A stretch of DNA of 62,937 nt, counting the filler, from Reticulomyxa filosa (taxonomy: Eukaryota > Protista > Foraminifera): NCBI GenBank assembly GCA_000512085.1. It is 17 parts of 17 records of this genome, joined end to end, with 100 filler letters (N's around TTAATTAATTAA, not from the genome) between each part and the next. Parts side by side here need not be neighbours in the genome. Positions count along the whole stretch, not along the records: positions 1 to 3,043 come from ASPP01005500.1; positions 3,144 to 4,894 come from ASPP01007631.1; positions 4,995 to 7,262 come from ASPP01022751.1; positions 7,363 to 11,654 come from ASPP01041095.1; 13 more parts are not named here. The stretch is one strand, 5' to 3'. Position numbers and translations under genes: made by a program. Of the stretch, positions 1-11,754 are shown one piece after another. Position 1 is the stretch's first letter; each line of letters starts with the position of its first letter. The notes beneath the pieces were generated by a model. It saw only the letters and a list, made by a program, of their open reading frames with translations. It was not told the DNA's origin and did no database searches.

Positions 1-627
1 GCCAATATATTGCAAACACATTTGTGAAATTCCGGTAAAAAAATGTTGTCGTATGACAAAGTTAGACCACATTTTTTTTTTTATTTATTTGTTGTAAATA
101 TTTTATAGAATAATTTGTGTTAACGTGTGTTGCGTTGTTGGTTTACGAATTTGCTGTTGCTGCTATTATTTTTGGGTTTACATTTAAAATAATTGCTGTA
201 TTTATTTTTTTGCGTTTCTCGAACATATACTTTTTTGTGCAACAGAAAGCAAGTGGACTAGCAAAGTTTAAAACTTATCTAAAACTTTAATCACTTAATA
301 ACTTGCGGTTGTATTTTCTTTTGGTAGTAGCACTTACCTATCTTATTCGAATCAATATATAAATTAACAGATTAATTAGCTTTTGTATGGCTTCCCTTAG
401 TGTTGTCACAGCACACCTGGCTAATTGAAAATTTTTCTTAAGTATATAATGTTAAGAAAAATGAGTGTACGTCTGAGTTTAGTATAAGTAGTGTAGGGTT
501 TGTTTGAGAAATGACAGACTAAATGTTAAAGTAGCAGGTTGAATGTAAGCTTGAAATACTTAAGACTGAAGTGATTTTGGGTACTTTTTTTTAAAGTTTT
601 TTGTGCATAAAAATTACATATAATATA

Positions 628-2985
628 ATGAAAAGTGAGTCTTCAGAGGCAATGGATGTAGATGTGACACCGACTCCACCGTTGCAAATAGGAGGGGCTG
701 GAGATGAGCACAAAACAGAGTCAAACACAGTTAAACTTTTTGGAGAAAAAGAAAAAAAATTAAAGTAACTAGTTCAAAAATTTTTGGAGAATAGGAGTTG
801 TCACTGTTGGCCGAAGAAAATTTGAGTAGCTTTTTGAGCGAAATTGAGACAGCAGAAACAAATCTTGAAGTGATTAATAGCGATTTGGAAAGCGCAGAAC
901 AAGCATTCTGAAAGAGTTTGTGTTGAAATCGTTGCAATTGATGCAACGTCACAATGCATTATTGAAGCCAATTCACACGAAATTATCGACGGTGAAGCAG
1001 CCTTTGTGTGATATTTTACTGAGTTAACAAAAAAAATGTTGTCTGTTTGTTTGAAAAGGATAAATAAAGAGATAACAATTGCAACAGACAAGTGTATAAG
1101 CATCCCTTGCGATGAGTTGGAAAAACTTGCGAATCAAAAAAATCCTTATAACAAGAAATGGGGTACGACACAGTCAAGTATCAATGCAAAACGTGAAAAT
1201 AAATTTGAATATTTCGATTTGAAATTGCCAAGTGCATCAAATGCACAGGCCCAAGCCCAGCCTCAAGCACAATCTCAAGATCAATCTCAATCCCAACAGC
1301 CGTCTTCTCAGCCTCAAACTGAGGCTCAGTCTCAACAAGTACAAGCCCAACCAGAGACTCAAACCCAAGCCCAAACTCAAGCCCAAACCCAAACCCAAAC
1401 CCAAGCCCAAACTCAAGCTCAAACCCAAACGTCAGCCCACTCAGATCAAACTTCCCACGCGTCGGCCCAAACTTCCGCGCCAACCACACAGGCCGATGCG
1501 AATGAATCCAAGGAAACGTTACGTAAAAAAAAAGTTTTTTTAAAGTGTTTAATCCAACTTTGGATACTTGAGAGTTGGAACTGGCATAGCAAAAAGGAGA
1601 TCTGGCTCAATTATATTTTTAAAAAAACTACAGCGATGAAATAGTACTTGATAATCCAGAAAGCATAAGCAATGAGCAAATTGACATGGTATTGAAGCAT
1701 GTGAACGACATTCGAAGCAAAGAACGACGACAAGAGAACATGTTAGCAGCGAAGCAACGAGCCGAAGAAATGAAGCGTCAAAAAGCACAAGAGCGCGAAG
1801 CTGGTACAATCTCGATCACTGAAATGGTGCCTTGGATTACTTCGGAACAAGCCATTGCCTTATTGGTATATACATATACATATATGTATACATGTACATA
1901 TATGGATGTAATTTGATAAATATCCTTTTTTTTTTAACAAAAAAAAAAAAAAAAGGAAAATGAAAGACAATGTCCAACAAGCAATCGAGTATTGCACATC
2001 AACGGATCCAACGCAAGTGTGTATTGAGATATCGAATTTTATGACAAAAAAGAAGGGCGGCAGCGCACTGACGCCCAGCAAAAGCAATAACAGTTTGCTG
2101 AAAAGCGGATCGTTGTTGGGAATACGGTCTCATCTCGACAAACGCGTGTTTGTTCGCAGTCAAACGGACGGACGTGCCAAGTCGGTGACGTTGCGAGTGA
2201 TTGACGTGCAAGACGACGGCAGCGTGATCTTGCGTGGAGTATTGGACCGCAATCTCATTCCATTGGACCCCCAACACGCGCAATTGCTGAAGCTGTCATT
2301 GCGAGATCTGATGTCCACCAGTATGCAATTTGTCGATGACGAGACGGTGCAGTTTTATTGCCAGGCCAATGTGTTGAAGGTGGTGTTCCAGGTGATGCGC
2401 ACTCAAGACCCCCAACAGGCGTTGCAAAATCAATTGATTGATACGGCCACAGAGCTGGGCTATGGCGACATGGCACAAGCCGCAATACACGCCAGTGGCT
2501 ACGATCGTAACAGTCGAGATCAGATCGAATTCATCCCCATCCAATTGAAACCCAAAGTGCGTGAAATGGAATACAAATTCGATTTCAACAGTCAAGAGAG
2601 CGACTCAACGCCTTTGGGAAATCAAAGTCTAAAGTCAGTCTCGCATGTCATGGATGGAACGGTGCTGTTCGAAGGCAAGTATGACGACGGGTCCTTGGGA
2701 TTGGTGGGCACCATGTCCAATGACTCTCCGGTCGAACTGTTCACTCAAATGTTGGACGATGAAACCCACAACATTGTTATGATTCTAATCGACGATATCC
2801 GCGACGACATTACCATCGAAGTTAAAAATTTGACCCACGTCACCAATATGACGCTCGAGGATTGCATGAATGAATTCAGCACCGATGCCATGGGTCGCAA
2901 GTTGTGTTATCGTATCGTCGTCAAAGATGGTCGGGTTATGGGAGTGTTGACACCTCTTGGAGATGAAATTAAGCAGGTAAAATAA
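628..2985 (+). CDS. Multi-exon hypothetical protein with Q/A/T low-complexity tract, coiled coil and UBA/CUE-like motif (model approximate, frameshifts)
   Basis: ATG at 628 (MKSESSEAMDVD). Coding segments in ORFs 1036-1644, 1686-1865 and 1960-2985. Intron about 1866-1955 joins WITSEQAIALL to MKDNVQQAIEY, which resembles a UBA-like helix pair. Confidence 0.55.
1245..1432 (+). repeat. Coding hexanucleotide microsatellite (CAAGCC/CAAACC/CAAACT) encoding QAQTQ repeats
   Basis: Tandem caaacccaagcccaaactcaagcc units visible directly. Confidence 0.85.
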
Positions 2986-3043
2986 TTAACAATTGATCAC
3001 ATAACACAACACAATACAATACAACACAACATAATATAATACC

Positions 3044-3143
3044 NNNNNNNNNNNNNNNNNNNNNNNNNNNNNNNNNNNNNNNNNNNNTTAATTAATTAAN
3101 NNNNNNNNNNNNNNNNNNNNNNNNNNNNNNNNNNNNNNNNNNN
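3044..3143. other. Synthetic contig-joining linker N44-TTAATTAATTAA-N44 (first of 16)
   Basis: Identical 100-bp spacers at 3044, 4895, 7263, 11655, 15462, 16936, 18653, 34940, 36323, 39193, 42199, 45298, 52377, 58679, 59779 and 61287. TTAATTAATTAA places stops in all six frames. Confidence 0.98.
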
Positions 3144-3189
3144 TTTTTTTTTTTTTTTTTTTTTTTTTTTTCTAAAAAAAAAAAAAAGT

Positions 3190-4850
3190 TTATACAACAG
3201 AGCATCTCGCCATGCAGGATTGTTTGTCTGGATGAGTTTCAGTTTCACCAATTGGTATTTCTCCCAGGGTGTCACCAGTACTGTGCCCAGGACGCTTTCC
3301 TTCAGTGGCATTAACTTTTTTAAGGACTTCGACAATTTCTTCTTGAATGATGACTTTGTTGACATAATTGAAGGCTTCCAAGGACTTTTCAAACTCGGGT
3401 GTGAGTCTGACTTTGTGAAACTCAACGTCTTGAGGTGGTTTTCCAATATGCTGCTGACCCTCGGCATGAATTTCATCCAAGGAAGGTGTAAACGGTGGTT
3501 CTACATATCCAGCTTCCAACAAACCAAAGTCTGCCAAGTCAAACCATGGATGTGTTTGATTTCATGAATTCCATTGGCGCCAAGGCGCTTTCGAGGATTC
3601 TTGCATAGCAATCCTTTCACCAAAGATCGCGCATTTGCACTAAAGTATTCCAATGGAAAAGATGGTTCCATTTCAACGACATTGCGGTCCAATTCGGCCG
3701 TTTGGTTTCGTTGTTTGTCGTCTTTCACTTGGGCAGCACCGTGGTGACGCTTTGCAGACTGAAATGGTTTTTTGCCACACAAGAATCGATAAATCATAAC
3801 TCCTAAGCTAAAAAAATCAACGACATGGTCATAGTAGTGTCCCAACACGACTTCCGGGGCAGTGTAACCAGGAGTACCTGCATAGCCACGTACCTCTTTT
3901 TTTGCTCCATTTTCATCACGCATTCGAACAGCTAATCCTAAATCACTCAATTTGATATTCCCACGATCATCCATTAAAATATTTTCAATTTCAGATCGCG
4001 ATACACAATTCCTTTGTTATGAATGTGCTCTAAGCCAAGCAACACTTGGGCGGCGTAAAAACGGCTTCGTTCTTCTGGAAACACGCGTTCATGATTCAAG
4101 TGATACTTCAAATCACCCCCAATCATCAAGTCTAATATCAAGTATAGTGTGTTTTCATCCATGAACGCATACTTCAATGTGGTCACAAATCGACAGTCAT
4201 TCACACCAACACCAATATCAGCCAAAAAATTTCGCTCACTCATTATTGCCTCCACACTATCCGTGCCTTGAACACGCTTCTTGCTTATTTGTTTCATCGC
4301 GTACAATTTCCCAGTGTCTTTTTTTTTACATGCATTCACGCAACCAAATGCACCACGTCCCAACATTCGCATTTGATGAAAATCACGTACACTTACCTTT
4401 TTTTAAAAAAAAAAAAAAAAAGGGGGGACAAAAAAATAGGGGGATGGGACAGTGATGAATCATTATATATGTATATACATATATATGTGCATATATAGTA
4501 TATAATAACAATAATAATGTTAGTAATAAAAAAAGTACACACAAAACAATGGTAAGCTATTTGTTCAAACCGTTTGAGTTTTTTCTTCAATGTAAGCTTG
4601 ACATCGCAAATACATTTGGTACCATTTGCTTTTGACAAATCTTGGAAATACATCCAATCGCAAATCATTTATCACTTCTTCACTGACTTCACTGAATATA
4701 TCTTTTGTTATTATTGCGTCTTCGTCCAATCGTTTTTTCAATCTTTCTACTGGCTTTCCATATACTCCTATTGTATTCGTATTCTCTGTTAACAGCGATA
4801 ACCGATACTTCAAAAGATTCGCGTCTTCATTGTTCCCACTTCCATTGGAC
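3190..4850 (-). CDS. GRK: G-protein-coupled receptor kinase (GRK)-like AGC kinase, 5' partial, with end of RGS-homology domain and C-terminal CaaX (CSVV)
   Basis: RGS-end motif DLRLDVFPRFVKSKWY. Intron 4397-4570. Kinase motifs LGRGAFG, KLYAMK, LILDLMIGGDLKYHL, YRDLKxENIL, GRK-typical SDLGLA and GYAGTPGYTAPEV. AGC tail EPPFTP. Single-base deletions near 3986 and 3556 restore the frame. Confidence 0.88.
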
Positions 4851-4994
4851 CTTTTTTTTTTTTTTTTTGTTTTTTCAAAAAAAAAAAAAAAAAANNNNNN
4901 NNNNNNNNNNNNNNNNNNNNNNNNNNNNNNNNNNNNNNTTAATTAATTAANNNNNNNNNNNNNNNNNNNNNNNNNNNNNNNNNNNNNNNNNNNN

Positions 4995-5225
4995 AAAAAG
5001 TAGACTTGTATCTTTCGTAGTTTTTAACAAAATTTTGAAACTTTTTTTGATTATTTGAAATTTTTTAAAAAATATTTTATCAAAAATAAAAAATTTTAAT
5101 ATTTAAAAACTACAAAATAGTATATTTTTTAAAAAATTATGTTTAAATCTTTATTTTTCATTGAGAAAATCGATTCTCTTCATATAATGCCATTTAGGTA
5201 TTGCAGTTTTTTTTGCAATATACTG
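4995..5225. mobile_element. Right end (TIR) of Tc1/mariner-like DNA transposon or MITE
   Basis: Ends ...gccatttaggtattgcagttttttttgcaatatactg|TA. Near-identical to 52477-52526 and related to 53100-53253 and 58373-58520. Terminal CAGT flanked by TA. Confidence 0.6.
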
Positions 5226-5229
5226 TATT

Positions 5230-5620
5230 ATATTATGTTCAGATGATAAAACTATTCAATTATGAAATTTAAAATTAGAAATAGACTCACAAAAATTACA
5301 GGGACATCAGAAATAAGAAACACAACTTTTAAAAAATTGTTAATCTTGTTCATATGATGGAACGATTCAATTTTGGAATATAGAGCATGGCAACAACTTA
5401 AACAAATAAAAACACATTCAAGTTATGTTGCACATCATTTGACAGTTACGCATTGTATCATCATCTAATGATCAAACTATTGTTATTTCACAAGCTTATG
5501 AGAAAATACATGAGTCAAAAGGTTATCGTGATATTGTTATTAAGGCCAAATTTCTTCAATTAATTGCATCATGTTCAGATGATAAAACAACTGCTTATGG
5601 AATGTAAAATTAGATGTAAA
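5230..5620 (+). pseudogene. Degenerate WD40-repeat gene
   Basis: Broken-frame fragments CSDDKTIQL*N, KLQGHQ, SCSYDGTIQFWNI, RIVSSSNDQTI and IASCSDDKT..LWNV, with stops and indels. Confidence 0.7.
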
Positions 5621-6180
5621 ATACAAATATTGCAATAAATGATCAGCCAATTGGCGGTAATAAGGGATTGTCTGTATTTCAAAAGCCAGTATTTTATACC
5701 CAAAACGATTACAATAATGGTAATTTACATATTTATTTATTATAAATTCTTCTAACACCAAAAATGTATTGTATCTTCGTTGTTCTGTAGCACAACTTCG
5801 TTTCCATGATAATTCATGAAGAAATAATTGATGCGAACAGTTGCTTATTTTGCATCGTAATCCAATTCAAATTTCTTTTGGTTATCTTACTGATCTGTTG
5901 TTCTTCTGTTGGAGGTATTTTTCTTGATAAGTTTTATTTTATAGCCACAGTTAGCATGAAATATTGACCATAAACAAAAAAATACTTGGCTCTTTTTAAC
6001 AAATTTAACAAACGCAAAAGAATAATGTTTATCCTGTACAAAGCTAAATTTGTGGCATATGGAAAGGAGCAAAAAAATGACAAATGAAACATTTAGTAAC
6101 AACGATGATGCAATCTTAAAAAGTAATGGTGGATGCGAAAGCAAATTAATCTAAGTTGGAAAGGATCTATGCACGTTCAT

Positions 6181-7262
6181 TTACGAAACGCTAAAAAAAA
6201 ACTTTCCATTACTTTGGATATTTCTACTTGAACCTTTTTGGATATTTCTACTTGAACCAAACAATAACAAACGGATAGTCTGCGCAATGGTTTCGTTTGG
6301 CTCATAATGCAAGGGAAATAGCCAATTAATCTGTGATGAATGTTTTCGTGATTGGTCCTGTTGCAATTTTTGGTGTGCGCATTCATAGGCAGCAGCGCAA
6401 TGCTTCCATTTCAGTAATTGATGCGGAAAATCTTCCAAATTATGATCACGAAGGTACTGTTTCAATATATGAATAAAATCTTCAGCTTTTGCGTCTCGTT
6501 TTACCTGCCCTTGTTTATAAGCAATTTCACGCCAAGCCTTTAATAGTTCCTTCATAGTACCTATCGAAGTTTTTTTAACAAATTTTTTAATTTGAGCTTG
6601 TGCTTCACCGGTTAAAGGTTGTTGATAAATCTTAAGCACAAATGGAGTAATTGAGCTTTCATCCAAGTATTCGGATCGAACTACATTTTGCAATTGATGC
6701 CACAATACTCCAACATGTTTGACACAGAGTCGATCCATTCCATCATTGGAATAGCCTCGTTGGGAAAACAAAACCCAATCTTTTTTCTCAAATTGCAAAT
6801 TTTCAAGTAATTCAGTTAATAGCATATTCACTCGAAGATCATTAAGATTTTGATACAAATAAACAATCACATCATTTAACATTCCCAGTGCTTTTTGTTT
6901 TTCCAAAGGTGAAGCAGCTGACAAGTTCAATTTGTCCCAAAATGACTGGAATTGTGCATTTTTGCATTTTTTATGACGTGTTTCAATAGTTGTAATGCAA
7001 CTGTGAATATCAAAGCCACTACGATATTCAAACAAAGGAATAATAAATGTAAGTGGTCGTCGACCATGAACAAAGGTGTGACGAATATCATTTTCAATAG
7101 ATTCCAAGTCGAAGCATTTGGATTTGTCACTTTGACCATATTGTAATACTGGAATACTTCGTCTTTGAATGATATCATTTAAATGATTTTCATCGAAACA
7201 TAAAATATCATTTTCAGTGATATCAAAAAGGTATTTCGGCGTGGGTTGTTGCAAGTTGTCTT
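6181..7262 (-). CDS. C-terminal region of RNF213/mysterin-like protein (5' partial)
   Basis: Motifs FDLESIENDIRHTFVHGRRPL, LCVKHVGVLWHQL, YQQPLTGEAQAQIKKF and LEDFPHQLLKWKHCAAAY occur in the order I recall for the RNF213 C-terminal domain (FDLxKIxxQIxxRFLQGKP; KHxxxLW; FPEEILL). Not database-checked. Confidence 0.6.
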
Positions 7263-7379
7263 NNNNNNNNNNNNNNNNNNNNNNNNNNNNNNNNNNNNNN
7301 NNNNNNTTAATTAATTAANNNNNNNNNNNNNNNNNNNNNNNNNNNNNNNNNNNNNNNNNNNNACTCAAGAGGAGTTGTC

Positions 7380-10300
7380 ATTATTTGGTTGGTCATTTGT
7401 GCGTATATCCTCTTTCATGTTACCTGACGCTGTAATCTTGCCTTTGGGTCCATTGCTTGAAAAAGTTTTTGTTTTATGTGTACATATTTAATGTATAACA
7501 TCTTTATAACGTATATTTATTATTTATTTATATGTGTGTGCTATGTGTTGCTTGAACTTTTTGGATAGATCTTTAAAGGCATGCAAATGGAAATGGGCAA
7601 GTTGTTGCTGTTCATATTGTCATTGGTGCTGAAGTGAATTCCCAGCAATAATGGTAATAGTAATGGCAATGGCGTGCATTGATTATGGATCATGGTATTA
7701 TGCTTTAAAAAACGTATAATTTGGAAAAAAAAAAATTAAAGGTCCATATTCGTGTAATGTGCTCATGACCGACTGAAAGTGGTGAGCTGCGCAACCTATA
7801 TTCCAAGTTATAATATTTTTAAAAAATAATTGGAAAATACTTAAAACATGTATGATGAATACACACGTATATAACATAGGTCATGTTCGAACATTAGAAA
7901 GTGGTAGTTGCGGTGCAGCAAGCAAGGGTGAAGTCAAAACAATGCCAAGTTTATGGCACGTGATTTTAAATCGTGAATCTCGTAGTAATAAAAAATCGTT
8001 GAACAATGGCACTCAAGAACGTCAAGGAACGAATACGTCCAATAATGAAGAAGAAAATATGAATTGTGCAATCTATCCGTCATTGGATCGCCAAGCCAAA
8101 TATTATCAAATGGACACTCATGGTGACGGATGCAGAAATTTCTGATATCGCTCATTATCCAACACCAAGGTGTATCCCTCATCATAAGGAGACAAGAATG
8201 GATGAACGTTGTATTTTAAAAATATCTGTCATATAATGGCATTGGAATAGTTAAAAAAAATTGTCCCAGTTCAATCTTTCTTGGGAAGCTTGCTTTCGTT
8301 CGTGTCGAGCAGCACCAAAATCCAGAAGAAAAACGTGAAAATACCGCGCAAAAAAAAAAACACGATATCGACATTACGGTATCAAAATAACAGTAGCGAC
8401 TGGATTGTTTGAAGAAATAGAACACAAAGAAAAAGAGGATGATGGCGTTGTAGAAAACAATCACATACGGCGGTCGAGTAAGCCACTCTTACATGGAACC
8501 ATTCTTCTGATGTTGTGGCTCCAGTTTGGTGGATAAGTTTTGTGAAACTCAAGTCAAAGGTCATCAGCTAACAAGAAGAAAAAGACGAGGAGGAGATGTG
8601 CTGATAAAGAAAAAGAAAAGATGACTCCAAAGCCATACCATCGTTGCCTTTGTTTTAAAAAGAAAAGAAAAGATCGTTTGTCGATGCTACTTTGATTATT
8701 GCTTTTCACATACGTACACAAGTGGCGACTTTGCGCATTTTTAAATATGGACCAATTTCACATAGTGTGCCCTCTCAATGGAAGTTACTGTATGGGCGTA
8801 ACAATATCAAGCGCAGTACCAACGATGACGACGATAATGACAACGATGAAACACAATCCATGTTCCCCTCTACTAATTTGTCAATTATTCAAGATATTGG
8901 ACTGGTGTTGTGTACTCCAATGCTTGGGTGCCGCTGCTGTTGGTGTGCGTGGAAGAAAGTTAATGTTGTTGCGTCATTTATTGCAAAAAGCAACAACGTC
9001 GCGCCAATCGATAATTGGATCGACTATTCAAAAGTGGCTCCATTATTTGACAAATAAAAACAAAGCTTGGATATTGGCAATGTGTTGATGGCGCTGGGCC
9101 CTGCTGAGTGAATATGTAGGCAATATTTTATATCAGCAGTCGAACCCCTCCTCTATACTCTCTCAAAGAAGTCGCCGCTGTGGATACGAACGAATTTTTT
9201 GGTCTCCAAAAACCGAATTACTCAAATTTGAAAAGTGGAAGGGTCTGCCATTGACAAGACCGCCACTCAAAAAAAAAAATGGTAGCTCTAGGGGAAGAGC
9301 CCTTCAATGATACAAGTTCCTCCAAGCCAATTCAATTGTCCAAAATAATGGGATACTTGGTGGAACATTATCAATGAAATCAGCGCGCATTCTAACACAA
9401 GATCTCAAGGTATTTCGTTGGTAATTTGTGCGCTTGTCCTCTTTCCTGTTACCTGACGCTACAATTCGTTCTTGGGCCCCATACTTGAAAAAGTTTTTTT
9501 ATGTGTACATATTTAACATAAAATATCTTCATAACGTATTTTATTTATATGTGTGCGGTATAATGTTGCTTGAACTTTTTGAATAGATCTTTAAAGGTGT
9601 GAAAATGGAGATAGACAAGCTGTTGCTGTTAACATTATTATTGGTGCTGAAGTGAATCCCCAGTAAAAATAGTAATAGTAATGGCAACGGCGTGCATTGA
9701 TTATGGATCATTGTATTGTACTTTGAATAAAGTATAATTGGAAAAAAATAAAAATTTGGAGGTCCATATCCGTGAAATGTGCTCATGATTGATTGAAAGT
9801 ATTGAGCTTTGCAACCTATGTTTCCAAGTTATAATCTTTTTTTTATAATGTGATTGAAAAACACTTGAAACACGTATGGTGAATACACATGTATATAACA
9901 TAGGGCTCCAAAGAACCAATACCTGTCTGTCAAGCAATTGAAAAGTGGCTGTTGTGGTTGCGATGCCAGCAAGACTGAAGTCAAATAATGCCAAGTTTGT
10001 GGCATTTGATTGCAAGTGTGCCTCAAATGTTGTTTTTTGTCCCAAATGTAATTTTTTTTGATTTTTTTTTTAAAATCTCAACGTCTTTCTCCAGCACCTG
10101 ACATCTTTAATCAAATTATATTCATTGTAAAAAATTTTTGAATTTTAATATTTAAATCTATAAGAAAATCAAAAATATGCAGATAGATTCGATTTGGTTT
10201 TGAGTAGAGGACAGAAGAACACCTATAGAAAGACAAAAAGACGAGAAGCAAATGGAGGAAGTAGAGTCTGAATCCAATAAAGCCAATGAAAACAAAAATT

Positions 10301-10925
10301 GCAGTAATATTGGCGATTGGAAGTTGGGAAGATGTTCCTTGGCCATGAAAATGAACAAAAGACTCTGAAATTTCAAAAAAGAGCAGAAGAAGATGATAAA
10401 ACATGAATAGTAAAACAAGAGTTCTAAAAAAAAGATACAAAATATGCCAACCTCTTAATCGAATTGTTGCTGATAGAAATTCAATATATCGAATCATGGA
10501 AGCCACACATACGCGCCTGCACTTCATAAATTTATTTGTTCATCATTGAACAAGTGTCTATCAGTGACGGCGTGCATCAAATATGGTCATGATTTGCATT
10601 TGAATGACGTATATTTGGAAAAAAAATTAAAGGTCCATATAGTATAATGTGGTTCATGATTGATTGAAAGAAATTTAAACAATTAGAAATTGTGAGCTGA
10701 TTATTATCGTGATTATGTGTTTAGCCTATATTCCAAGTTATATGTTTTCTTATAATGTGATTGAAACATGTATGATCAATACATGATATATAACATAGGT
10801 CTTCAAAGAGTACAATACTTGTCTATCGAGAAATTGGAAAATGGCTGTGATAGTTGCTGTGATGGTTGCGGTGCCGCAAGCAAGGGCGAAGTGAAGTGCA
10901 AACAACGCCAAAGTTGTGGCATATT
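7380..10925 (+). repeat. Three diverged direct copies of a ~550-600 bp exon/intron-containing unit (about 7380-7960, 9410-10010, partial 10567-10925); probable tandem pseudogenes
   Basis: Blocks shared by copies 1 and 2: tgttacctgacgct, cttgaaaaagttttt, tagatctttaaagg, ttggtgctgaagtgaat. Blocks shared by all three: ggcgtgcat, aggtccatat, ttccaagttata, tatataacatagg. Frames are interrupted by stops. Confidence 0.8.
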
Positions 10926-11754
10926 TGACTTGCTCAAATGTTTTGATTAAAAAATTTTTGTTTTTTGTGTGAATTGATTTTTTAATTAAAATTTGAATAT
11001 TCTTCCTCCTGATATCCTTCATCAAATTATATTCATCTAAAAATTGACTATTCAGCAAAAAAATCTCAAATATTATCTTCTTATCGTCATGTAGGAGTAG
11101 CTGACAAGAAGAATATGTATAAGAGAAAGGGACAAGCAATAACAAGAACGATGATTAAATAAGAAGTAATGCATGTGATGAAAAGATATTTTAAACAAGA
11201 TGCCAGAGTGCTAACTTTGTTGTGCTTTGTTCTTCAGAATTCTATTTTATTAGATAGGAGTGTTCTGGATAGTCGAAATGAGTTTTAGCTTGTTTGGTCA
11301 CAAAAAACATGATCCTGCTAAACAGATTGAATAACAATAAAAAAAGTTTTACTTAAACAGGTGCTTACAAAAAAAAAGTCAAAGCGTATAATAACATTGA
11401 GAAACTTCATTGCAGCAATTGACCCCACTGTTGTGGTGATTTTTTGTAATTCTAACACTATTGTTCACCATCAACTTTGTTTAATCTATTCTTACAAACA
11501 AAACAATAAAAAAAAGTGTAAGCAATCACAAAGATAAAAATTTTGCATTTCAAGTACAATTGGACTGCAAAGTTAATCCGATATTATTCCTGTTCTCTTT
11601 GAGGTTAACCAAAGAAAAACAACGTGAAAGCTTTGCAACACAAAGACTAGGTGANNNNNNNNNNNNNNNNNNNNNNNNNNNNNNNNNNNNNNNNNNNNTT
11701 AATTAATTAANNNNNNNNNNNNNNNNNNNNNNNNNNNNNNNNNNNNNNNNNNNN

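Noticed and set aside
1181-1543. GL/GF- and KP-repeat ORFs; likewise hydrophobic antisense ORFs at 31138-31779 and 40298-42094
   Set aside because: Alternative-frame readings of coding microsatellites.
628-1650. Stop-codon reassignment suggested by in-frame stops in coding-like DNA
   Set aside because: Conserved genes end at TAA or TGA and show no stops at conserved residues. The breaks are explained by introns, indels or decay.
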